In this document: positions 46,454 through 54,854 of the stretch, in pieces
Numbering within the stretch: the first letter of the stretch is position 1
Layout: every line of letters begins with the position of its first letter
DNA from: Elusimicrobiota bacterium
Lineage (GTDB): Bacteria; Elusimicrobiota; Elusimicrobia; UBA1565; UBA9628
Direction of reading: 5' to 3'
Assembly (NCBI GenBank): GCA_016207665.1
Contig: JACQPG010000050.1
Span: 5,519 to 69,518 of the forward strand
DNA: 64,000 nt
Translations under genes and position numbers: made by a program
The notes under the pieces: model-generated
Database searches by the model: none
The model's input: only the letters and a program-made list of their open reading frames with translations
What the model was told of the DNA's origin: nothing

Positions 46454-48469
46454 ATGATGACCGCCTCGGCGTTTCTCCAGGATCTCACGGTGGTATTGAC
46501 CACGGCCGCGGCCGTCATTTTCCTGTTCCGTAAGCTGGGCCAGCCCCCGGTGCTGGGATATCTGGCGGCCGGCTTGCTCATCGGCCCATACACCCCCCTT
46601 AGGATGTTCGTTTCGGATGTGCTGAGCCTCGAGGCCTTGGCGCAGATCGGAGTGATTTTCCTTCTCTTCGCCCTGGGAATCGAGTTCAATCTCGATCGGC
46701 TCTCAAAAATCGGGATCCGGGCCCTGATCTGCGCCCTCATCGAGGCGGCCATGCTCGTCCCCTTGGGCTATCTGGTCGGGCGCTGGCTGGGCTGGCGTCC
46801 CATGGAAAGTCTGCTGCTGGGCGGGATCGTGGCCCTGGCCAGCACGGCCCTGGTGGCCCGCACCTTGCTGGAGAGATCGCGCTCTCCCTCGGGTTGGGAG
46901 GCATTGGCCTCGGGCACGCTCATCGCCGAGGATATGATCGCCGTGCTGCTTGTGGCTTTTTTCTCATCGGCCCCGGCTTCCGACGGGCTGAGCCTGGCGG
47001 GGCTGTGGCCCTCCATGGTGCGTCTCACCGTGCTGGTCACGTTCGTGTTGATCATAGGGCTGCTCGCCTTCCCTAGGCTATTCGCGGCCTTGGAGAGGTT
47101 CGGCGTGGCCGAGATCAGGACATTGATGATCATCGGCATATGCTTCGGGATCTCGCTCATCACCGAAAAGCTCGGTTTTTCGGCCGCCCTCGGCGCTTTC
47201 TTGGCGGGCGCGACCGTGGCCACGGGCGGATCGGCCGGCCGGCTCGACCAAGTGGTCACGCCTTTCAAGGACCTTTTCGGCGCGGTGTTCTTCGTTTCCG
47301 TGGGCATGTTGATCGATCCGGCTTGGGTGCTCTCGCATTGGCAGATCACCTGCGCTCTGGGGTTGGCGGTGATAGCGGCCCGGGCCTATGCCAATTTCAT
47401 CGCTTTCCTGGCGGTGGGCGAGACCAAGTCCAGCTCGGCCCAGGCGGCGCTGGCACGCCTGCCGATCGGGGAGTTCTCCTTCATACTGGCCCAGGTCGGA
47501 CAGGCCCAGGGGGTTTCCGACAAGCCGGTCTATCCCCTGGCCGTCACTCTTTGCCTCTTCACCACCACGGCGTCTTCCTTTCTGTTTCCCCGCTCCCTCA
47601 AGCCCGGAGGGCTGGCCTGGATATTTCCGGGCTTTAATGGAGCCTGGTTGAGCCGTTATCAGCGCCGGGTGAAGGACCTGGCCTTGCCCGAGCGCCAGGC
47701 GCTTGTGTGGCGCTTGATTAGGCCCTCCCTCTTGCAGATCTTGATCAATGGTCTGATCATCACGGGGCTCTTTTTCGCCGCCCCGGCCGTCGAGAGACGT
47801 TACGCCTGGTCCTTGGATATTCCGGGAGCATCCTGGCTCGCCGCGGCGATGCTGTCCCTCCCGTTCCTCCTCGCCCTTTTCCGCAAGACGCACGCCGTCA
47901 TGCTCGTCATCCTCGAGGCCGCGATCTCGCAGCCGGGCCGGGACCCGGTCGGGCTTAACCCCTTCTGGGCCAGGCTCGCGCTGGGCTTCTCCATGCTGGT
48001 GGTGGGAGCCTGGTATTTGAGCTTGAGCGCCGATCTACTGCCGGGATGGCCCCATGCCGCTCTGCCCGTCTCGCTGTTGGCCATCGCCGTGCTCTTGCTT
48101 TGGCGCTACATGAACCGCCTCTATTCCCGAATCCAGGTGGCCTTGCGCGACGGGCTGGCGCGCAAGCATGTCGAGCCGGAGGCCGCGACCAAGGCCCTGC
48201 TGCACTTCGTCAGCGCGTTGACCCCGGAGAGTGTCCATATCAACTCAATCGTGCTCGAGCCCGGCTGCTGGGCTCAGGGCCGATCCATCCGAGAGATCGA
48301 GTTGAGGTCCAAGTCTGGGGCGAGCATTCTCCAGATCAGCCGCGGTGGCGAGATGCTCCCCGCGCCGGGTCCGGAGCTGCGTCTTCACGAGGGCGACAAG
48401 CTTCTCTTGATCGGAGAGGATGAGCAGATCGAAAAAGCCCGAGCCGTGCTCTTCACCGGCGGCCTTTGA
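46454..48469 (+). CDS. CPA2 cation:proton antiporter with C-terminal TrkA-C (RCK_C) domain
   Basis: QPPVLGYLAAGLLIGP, IGVIFLLFALGIEF, LGAFLAG, FFVSVGM, IGEFSF; C-terminal LRSKSGASILQISRGG. Confidence 0.9.
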   Translation: MMTASAFLQDLTVVLTTAAAVIFLFRKLGQPPVLGYLAAGLLIGPYTPLRMFVSDVLSLEALAQIGVIFLLFALGIEFNLDRLSKIGIRALICALIEAAMLVPLGYLVGRWLGWRPMESLLLGGIVALASTALVARTLLERSRSPSGWEALASGTLIAEDMIAVLLVAFFSSAPASDGLSLAGLWPSMVRLTVLVTFVLIIGLLAFPRLFAALERFGVAEIRTLMIIGICFGISLITEKLGFSAALGAFLAGATVATGGSAGRLDQVVTPFKDLFGAVFFVSVGMLIDPAWVLSHWQITCALGLAVIAARAYANFIAFLAVGETKSSSAQAALARLPIGEFSFILAQVGQAQGVSDKPVYPLAVTLCLFTTTASSFLFPRSLKPGGLAWIFPGFNGAWLSRYQRRVKDLALPERQALVWRLIRPSLLQILINGLIITGLFFAAPAVERRYAWSLDIPGASWLAAAMLSLPFLLALFRKTHAVMLVILEAAISQPGRDPVGLNPFWARLALGFSMLVVGAWYLSLSADLLPGWPHAALPVSLLAIAVLLLWRYMNRLYSRIQVALRDGLARKHVEPEAATKALLHFVSALTPESVHINSIVLEPGCWAQGRSIREIELRSKSGASILQISRGGEMLPAPGPELRLHEGDKLLLIGEDEQIEKARAVLFTGGL

Positions 48470-48598
48470 GTTCTTGCTATAATCTCGAAGTCCCATGCCG
48501 CGGTGGTCGCGTTTTCGCTGTCACGACGGCAGTCGAGGTCGGGATCGACACGACCGGACTGCAGGCCAGGTTGCGCGTCTGAGCGCGATCAGGGACAA

Positions 48599-49405
48599 AT
48601 GCCCTTCCTGACTCGGGCCGCTCTTCGCCTGACGGATTTCTCCGGGCGCTATGTTCCCGGCGCCTTCGTCATCGCGTGCCTGTTGACCGCGATCACCTTC
48701 GCCCTGGCGCTGTCCGTGGCCGGCCGCTCTGTGGCGGCGACCGTCGGCTATTGGGGAGACGGAGTCTGGACCTTGCTCGAGTTCGGCATGCAGATGGCGT
48801 TGATCATGGTCACGGGCTCCATACTCGCCGACTCGCCTCATTTGCGCCGCGGGCTCGACGCCTTGGCCGCGGTCGCAGCCTCGCTGTTGCTGTTGGCGTG
48901 GGCTCTCTATCCCAGCCGCCGCGAGGATGTCTTTACGTTGAGCGCGGAACAGCTTCAGGCTCTGGAGGACGAGAGCCCTCCCGAGCCATTCTCGCCGCCC
49001 TCCCGTTTTATCGCTTGGGCCGAGGACAGCTGGGCTCTCTGCGCGTTCTTGGGCGGGCTGGGTCTGGCCTGGCTGGCCAGGGATTGCGCGCTTCACGGCA
49101 TGGCCCTCACCCTCAACAAGCTCAATCTGGCTTTCTTTTCAGCGGCCTTGCTGCTTCATCCCAGTCCACGCTCTTTCGCTCGTTCCGCCGAGAAGGCGGC
49201 GGGCTACGTTCATGGGGTCATCGTCCAGTTTCCGCTGTATGCGGGCATGTACGGCATTATCAAGGGTTCGGGCCTCGACCAGGCGATCGGCGCCTGGTTC
49301 GTGAGCTGCGCGACCCCGGCGACCTTCCCTCTGGTGGTCTATTGGTATTCCGGGGTGTTGAACTATTTCATACCTTCCGGAGGATCGAAGTTCGCGGGCA
49401 TTTAA
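48599..49405 (+). pseudogene. AtoE-type short-chain fatty acid transporter, internally deleted and C-terminally truncated
   Basis: WGDGVWTLLEFGMQMALIMVTG, QFPLYAGMYG, NYFIPSGGSKF motifs but only ~268 aa; central helices and C-terminus missing. Confidence 0.65.
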
Positions 49406-49425
49406 TTGGCGGGACGGCCTGGAGA

Positions 49426-49941
49426 TCACGGCCGCCACTGATGCTTAAGAAGGCCGAACAGCACTTCATTGACGGGATGGCCATTGATGAGATAATGCTC
49501 CCGCAAAAGGCCCTCCCTTCTGAAACCGAGCCGGTCGAGCAACCTGCAGGACGCGAGGTTCTGGTCGTGCACGAAGGCGATCAATCGGCGCAGCGACGAC
49601 TCTTGGAAGGTCTTTTGAAGCAACAGGCGGACGGCGGCCGTGCCGATCCCCAATCCCTGGTACTGCTCATCGATGCCGTAACCGACCTCCGCGTAGAGCA
49701 TCGAGCGGCTGATATTCTTTATGGAGACGTTGCCTACCACCGAGTCATCGGTCTTGATGAACCAACGATAGCGCTCGAATCCCGGCTCGGCCAGGTCGCT
49801 TCCCTCGGAGGCCAGCATCTTGTCTATATCCATGATGCTCATCGGCTCCAGCGGGTTATGGAGGGTCGCCGAAGGTTGTTTCCTCCATTCGAAGAACAGC
49901 TTGGCGAAGTCCGGCCTATAAGGGACAAGCTCGATCTTCAT
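49426..49941 (-). CDS. GNAT acetyltransferase (RimJ/RimL-like)
   Basis: AEVGYGI...YQGLGIGT...NLASCRLLDRLGFRREGLLR. Confidence 0.9.
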   Translation of the reverse strand: MKIELVPYRPDFAKLFFEWRKQPSATLHNPLEPMSIMDIDKMLASEGSDLAEPGFERYRWFIKTDDSVVGNVSIKNISRSMLYAEVGYGIDEQYQGLGIGTAAVRLLLQKTFQESSLRRLIAFVHDQNLASCRLLDRLGFRREGLLREHYLINGHPVNEVLFGLLKHQWRP

Positions 49942-49988
49942 CGATTGATTATGCCAAAGGCGGGTCTTTCAGTCGATGAGTTTGTCGT

Positions 49989-50468
49989 TTAGGGCGGCAA
50001 GGCCTTGCCGAGAATGCCGGCTCGCCCCACCAATCCCAGCCTTCCGCTGTCGAGCGATCCCCCGGGCTGATTGCCCAAGAGAAGATACGCTTCGGGCGGG
50101 ATACAGCTATCATGGCTTTTCTGGTATGCGGAAAGCACGCTCCGGGCCCGCTCATCGAAACGGTAGGCCATCCCCTCGCTGTTGACGGCCAAGGCTCCAT
50201 TGATCCAAAGAGACCAGCTTCCGGCCTTCTCTTTGAGTTCGAAGCGATCCCCGGGAACGGCCTTGACTATCTTGATCGACGGGGTCTCTCTCCCCGAGTG
50301 GCGGAACAACACCCACTCTCCCCTTCTGGGTCGGCGGCAGCGATAATAACCCATCAGCACGTCCACCTTCTGCCCGGGCTCGAGCAGCCCGGCCATGGAG
50401 CGGCCGCGCACCGAGCGCTGCTCGAGCGCCACCAGGCAGGCCAATAGGCCCGCGCCTATCTGCGGCAC
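49989..50468 (-). CDS. Signal peptidase I (S26 family)
   Basis: VRGRSM (Ser), IKIVKAVPGD (Lys), YLLLGNQPGGSLDSG..G; start GTG 50468 inferred. Confidence 0.75.
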   Translation of the reverse strand: MPQIGAGLLACLVALEQRSVRGRSMAGLLEPGQKVDVLMGYYRCRRPRRGEWVLFRHSGRETPSIKIVKAVPGDRFELKEKAGSWSLWINGALAVNSEGMAYRFDERARSVLSAYQKSHDSCIPPEAYLLLGNQPGGSLDSGRLGLVGRAGILGKALPP

Positions 50469-50965
50469 AAGGTCTGATAGACGCAACGGTAACGGCAGCC
50501 TGGAAAGCCCGAGGCGATCCACACCGGCCAGCTGCTCAGGCCGGTCCAGCCCGACGGGCAAGTCAGGGGCAATATCGCGGGACAGGTCGGGTCGCCGCGG
50601 CAGATGGCCGCGTCGGGCGTGATATGGGCGTCGCTCCCGACCGTGGCCGCGTCCACGTATTCCTTATTGGCCGCGTCGCTATCGAGCAGCGGCAGACCCA
50701 CGTTTTGTACGCGATAGATCGCCGCGCCTCCCACCAAAGAAAGGCTCAGGTCGCCGTTGACCTCGAGCTTGGTCGCCGGGCTGCTGGTGCCTATGCCGAC
50801 GTTCTGCCCGTCGCGCGCCAGGATGGAACGGCCGGTGGTGATGATCTGCGTGTAGACGCCGGAAGGAGCCGGATAGTAGGTGGAAAGCGTGACATTCTCG
50901 GAGGCGGTGTGTTCAAAGGCGAAAAAAACGAGAGCAAAAGCCCAAAGAGCGTTTTGTCGTTTCAC
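50456..50965 (-). CDS. Exported fibre/adhesin-like protein (TLSTYYPAP motif, NVGIGT repeat, Cys-rich tip)
   Basis: Signal peptide; ENVTLSTYYPAPSGVY; NVGIGTSSPATKLEVNG; DAANKEYVD; six Cys in the C-terminal ~45 aa. Confidence 0.65.
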   Translation of the reverse strand: MKRQNALWAFALVFFAFEHTASENVTLSTYYPAPSGVYTQIITTGRSILARDGQNVGIGTSSPATKLEVNGDLSLSLVGGAAIYRVQNVGLPLLDSDAANKEYVDAATVGSDAHITPDAAICRGDPTCPAILPLTCPSGWTGLSSWPVWIASGFPGCRYRCVYQTLCRR

Positions 50966-51036
50966 GAAGAGTTGTAATATAGATAATTAAGCTCCTTCCT
51001 TCAAGCCCTTTGCCGCGACCTCGTGGTGCACAGACC

Positions 51037-51255
51037 CTATTTGCTTTTCGTGTTCTGGAACATCTTCCCGAAGTCTTTAAGGCTTTGGGGGACTGCGACT
51101 TCCATGTCCCGCTCGGCGGGGATGTGGGGACCGATTTTTTTGATAGTGACTTTCATGCCGGCTTCGGAAATCATGGCGGCCAGGAAAATCCCGAATAATC
51201 CGGCGGCATATAGGCTGAAATGTCTTTTGATCATCGCCACCTCGCTTTTCCCCAT
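51037..51255 (-). CDS. Small hypothetical membrane protein or gene remnant
   Basis: 72-aa ORF with one hydrophobic segment; no recognisable motif. Confidence 0.3.
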   Translation of the reverse strand: MGKSEVAMIKRHFSLYAAGLFGIFLAAMISEAGMKVTIKKIGPHIPAERDMEVAVPQSLKDFGKMFQNTKSK

Positions 51256-51347
51256 ATCAGCTCAATATTTGGAGGCGGGGACGATGTAGGGTATGAGAAC
51301 GGGTTCTTGCGGCGCTGTCTCCCAGCCCGGCGATCCGGAGGCGATCC

Positions 51348-51857
51348 TTAACGCTCAGCGCTAGCTAGATTAGGCAAGGGATGGCGCTCAAAAAAATCCC
51401 ACATCGCCTCGCTGGCTGAAATATCGGTGGTAGTGTGTCCGAGACGGCGTTCCAATATGGCCGTGCCGCCGGGCCAGGTATGGCCGCCCCCCTCCACTTG
51501 GCAGTAGACCAGATCGGTCCCCGCTGAGCATGGGCCATGGCTGGTGCAGGTGACTTCTCCCTTCTGGTACGTGAGCCGGCCCGTGGACGAACACTGATTT
51601 CGCTTGACCCAAGACCGGATCGTATCGGCCATGGGAGGGAAGGCCCTGCGTGGACCCGCTTTTGGATTCAATCCGCCTTCGATCGGTACGGATTTGTCCC
51701 TGGTTCCATGAAATATCATGAGCGAGATAGGACGCGTTGGACGGCAGTCCTCAAGCATGGGCGCAGCCGCGACCGGAGCGATCGCAGCCACCTTGTGCGA
51801 TAGATCGCAGGCCAATCGGTAAGCCATGATGCCTCCATTGGAGAGCCCGGATATCAT
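51348..51857 (-). pseudogene. 5'-truncated LpqC/PHB-depolymerase-like esterase
   Basis: Begins at nucleophile motif GLSNGG; HGTRD, GGGHTWPG, ISASEAMWDFF; N-terminal half absent. Confidence 0.7.
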
Positions 51858-51944
51858 GAACAACAAGAATGTTATGAGAACTATATAATGCGCTCGTGGA
51901 AACAAGCAGAACATTAAAATTTGGTCATGGTGTTCCGGGCAAAA

Positions 51945-52022
51945 TGGGGTGACTGACGGGATTTGAACCCGCGACCTCGTGGTTCACAGCCACGCGCTCT
52001 AACCAGCTGAGCTACAGCCACC
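51945..52022 (-). tRNA. tRNA-His(GTG)
   Basis: GGTGGCTGTAGCTCAGCTGGTTAGAGCG...GCT-GTG-AA...GGTTCAAATCCC...CAGTCACCCCA; G-1:C73 identity pair, encoded CCA. Confidence 0.97.
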
Positions 52023-52065
52023 GCAAAGCGGTGCAGTCGCCGAAGGCGGCGGTCACCGGCGAGAA

Positions 52066-52074
52066 ATTATAGCA
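52066..52074 (-). promoter_or_regulatory. Extended -10 promoter for tRNA-His
   Basis: TGcTATAAT about 44 nt upstream of the tRNA. Confidence 0.6.
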
Positions 52075-52590
52075 CTATGCGAGTGACCGTCTCCAGGACG
52101 GCGAAGGCGTGCCCCTTGGGCCTCGAGCGTAGGCATTTCTTCCAGAAAGCGATCTCGTTGGGCGACTGTTGCGAAAGATAGTGGATCCACAGCCGAGCGA
52201 GCAGCCCGCTGAAGGCCCATTGCGAAATGCGTTCATGCAGCGTGCTCCTGTGGCCGAAATCCTGCGGGAGGCGGCGCCAAGAGGCTCCATGCGCCAGAAG
52301 CCAAAGCAGCGCTTCGAAGCAGAGGCGATCATCATGTCTGGGTCGTCCCCCCTTTCTGAGGTGTTTAAGTTTCGGTTCTCTCTTTGGCGGGGGTAGATTT
52401 CTGGCGAGTTGGGTCCATTGTAGGTTGCTTAAAGGCAACCAGGCCCGGCATGCTGGGGACGATTTCAGACATTCCGAAGAGGGGTTTTCGGACAGAGGCA
52501 GATCTATGGATTCTCCGGTTGTTTCGGCGTTAAAATCCATTTATTTTGATACGATCGGCTGAAAAAATAGTTCGCTGTCCGAAAACCCTC
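52067..52590 (-). mobile_element. IS5-family transposase N-terminal (DUF4096) remnant with 14-bp inverted repeat
   Basis: GGRPRHDDRLCFEALLWLLAHGASWRRLPQDFG...STLHERISQW...G; no DDE domain; GGGTTTTCGGACAG (52482-95) / CTGTCCGAAAACCC (52575-88). Confidence 0.75.
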
Positions 52591-52645
52591 CTCGAGCAAA
52601 TCGGAAAATTCGGGCGGAGCCCAAGAGAGAAGGCTCGCGGAGCGA

Positions 52646-53548
52646 CTAGGTGGAGGCCGTCGTCGCGGGTCCGGCCGGAGAGCTTTGCTGGGGAGCGCCC
52701 ATAAGGAGGGCGATGGTGCCGGACAAGGCGATGATGCCGCCGATGATTTGGCGGACTGACGGCAGCTCTTGGCCCATCAAGGGCGTCATCAGCAGGACCA
52801 GGAGAGGGTTCTGGGCCACGATCAGCGAGACCCGGGACACGCCCAGGGCGCGCACGGCCTCATAGCGAAAGCCCATGTTGCAAAACGGTCCGATCAGTCC
52901 CCCCGCCGCCAACACCGCCCAAGCCCAGGATGAGCCGACGGTGGGCCATTCCCGCAGCCAAATCAGCCCGGGCATGCTGATCAGGAAGTAGACCACATTG
53001 CGCAGATGGGCCAGGGCCCAGGGATTCTCGTCACGCATCAGCCGCTTCATCCAAAAATGGCTGAGCGCCCAGGTGAGGCTGGCGACCAGCGATAGGGCGA
53101 TCCCCAGCCGCTGGCCGCGCTGGGCGGTGTAGGCCATGAGCGCCAGGCCGGCTAGTATGAGCAGAGTGCCTGCGGCCTCGGCGCGGGTGTAGCGCTCTCC
53201 CAGCCAGCCGACCCCGATGAGGACGACGAAGAGCAGCCCGATCTGGCTCAAGAAGGAGCTCATGGCCGCGGGAAGATGCGAAAGAGACCAGAAAAAGGCC
53301 AGGGCCGACACGGTGTCGAGCGCGAAGAAGACCCCGAGCGCCTTGAGATTGGCGCGCCGGAAGCGCCAGGGAAGAGTCTCCGGCCGGGCCCGAGCCATGG
53401 CGGCGAAAGGGAACAGTCCGAACAGGTACCAGTAGAACAGGAATGACCAGAACGGGACAAGGCGAAGGCCCTCCCGGCCCAGCACGAAGACCAGGGCCGA
53501 GGCGTTGAGGCTGGCGAAGGCGAAGAATAGGCCTCGGGATCGGCTCAC
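52646..53548 (-). CDS. DMT/EamA family transporter
   Basis: About 10 hydrophobic helices, two EamA-like repeats (LGERY, GQELP..QIIGG). Confidence 0.8.
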   Translation of the reverse strand: MSRSRGLFFAFASLNASALVFVLGREGLRLVPFWSFLFYWYLFGLFPFAAMARARPETLPWRFRRANLKALGVFFALDTVSALAFFWSLSHLPAAMSSFLSQIGLLFVVLIGVGWLGERYTRAEAAGTLLILAGLALMAYTAQRGQRLGIALSLVASLTWALSHFWMKRLMRDENPWALAHLRNVVYFLISMPGLIWLREWPTVGSSWAWAVLAAGGLIGPFCNMGFRYEAVRALGVSRVSLIVAQNPLLVLLMTPLMGQELPSVRQIIGGIIALSGTIALLMGAPQQSSPAGPATTAST

Positions 53549-53657
53549 CCTAAAATACAAGCACTTTGCCGGCGCGCAGGTGTAGGCCTTTGGACCCAAG
53601 CCCTCCTAGGACGGAGGCCTCTCGTAGGCGGAGAGTCCGTCGTATACGATATAAGGT

Positions 53658-54854
53658 ATGAGGATCGTCTGCGCCGCGTTATTGGCTCTGGCCCTGAGCC
53701 TTCCGGCCGGCGCCGCCTTATCCGCGGCCCAGATCCATATCCAGGCGGGCGTGCGGCATTTCGACAGGGGCGAGTTCGGCTTGGCGATCGAACAGTTCGG
53801 CCGCTCGATGCGAGCCCGGGGCGGGAGCGCGGCCTATTTCCTGCTGGGCTATTCCCATTTCATGCGCGGATTCGCGGGAGGCAGCCCCGAGAACGCGGAT
53901 CGCCAGGACTCGACCGAGGCCATCGCGGCCTTCTCGCTGGCCGTGGCTCTCGATCCGGAGCTTAAGGCCGTGACCGAGCCGTATCGGCTTTACCTGAGCC
54001 TGGCGCTTTGCCATGAGGCGCTGGGCGCCTCGGAAAAGGCGATCGCCGCCTACAGCAAGGCCTTCGAGCTCGCCCCACGCAATCCCCTGATCCCGCTCTA
54101 CGCCGCGAGGCTGCGTTTTTCGCGCAACGAAACGGATAAGTCGATCGCCAATTTGAATCGAGCCCTCGAGACCGCGCGCCGGAACGGGAAGGAGCGGGAA
54201 CTCATCGATTTCATATCGAGGCATCCGATGTTCTCGCTGATGCGCCGCAGCCGTCCCCACCAAGAGCTTCTCAGACCGTCGGAGCAGGAGAGCGAGACCA
54301 TGGTGGTGCAGGCGGAGAGCCGGGCCGACATGTTCGGCCTGAGGGATTCCGTGCGTTCCGAGGCCTCCGTGGTCGCGGAATTCCCCAAGAGGGACAAGGC
54401 CGTGCTCGATAAGCTGGGAGAGGCCAACGTCGCCTTCCGCTCCCAGCGTTACGCGGACGCTCTGGAGGCTTACTCCAAGGCCTTGGTCCTTAACGAGGCT
54501 TCCGGAGTGCTTGGACCGGGTCAGGTCGCCTTCATCCATGAGCGGATGGGGACGGCCAGCTACAGGCTGGGCTTGTCGCAGGACGCGGTGAGTTGGCTGA
54601 GGCGATCCGTCCATTCGCTGCCGTTCAATCCTTCGGCGTATTATCAGCTGGCCCTCGCGTATTCGGTGCAGGGACGTTTTCACGAGGCGATGAAGGCCTT
54701 GCGAGAGGCCCTGAGCACCGCCCCTTCGGTGCCGGAGCTGCGCAAATACATGATGCTGGCCCGCACCGATGGCGAGCTCGAGCCCCTGCGCGATCTTCCC
54801 GGCTTTCAGTCCATGCTTTCGGAATTCCGGCAGCGCGCCGGAATCGGGCGCTGA
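53658..54854 (+). CDS. Exported tetratricopeptide-repeat protein
   Basis: Signal peptide; TPR units such as AIAAYSKAFELAP and AYYQLALAYSVQG..EAMKAL. Confidence 0.82.
   Translation: MRIVCAALLALALSLPAGAALSAAQIHIQAGVRHFDRGEFGLAIEQFGRSMRARGGSAAYFLLGYSHFMRGFAGGSPENADRQDSTEAIAAFSLAVALDPELKAVTEPYRLYLSLALCHEALGASEKAIAAYSKAFELAPRNPLIPLYAARLRFSRNETDKSIANLNRALETARRNGKERELIDFISRHPMFSLMRRSRPHQELLRPSEQESETMVVQAESRADMFGLRDSVRSEASVVAEFPKRDKAVLDKLGEANVAFRSQRYADALEAYSKALVLNEASGVLGPGQVAFIHERMGTASYRLGLSQDAVSWLRRSVHSLPFNPSAYYQLALAYSVQGRFHEAMKALREALSTAPSVPELRKYMMLARTDGELEPLRDLPGFQSMLSEFRQRAGIGR

Noticed and set aside
48490..48596. SRP RNA or 6S RNA identity for the structured leader
   Set aside because: Lacks the SRP domain IV CAGG/GGAA/AGCA motif and is too short for 6S; kept only as an unknown candidate.
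51945..52022. Prophage/ICE integrated at tRNA-His
   Set aside because: No integrase, phage genes or duplicated tRNA 3' end were seen.
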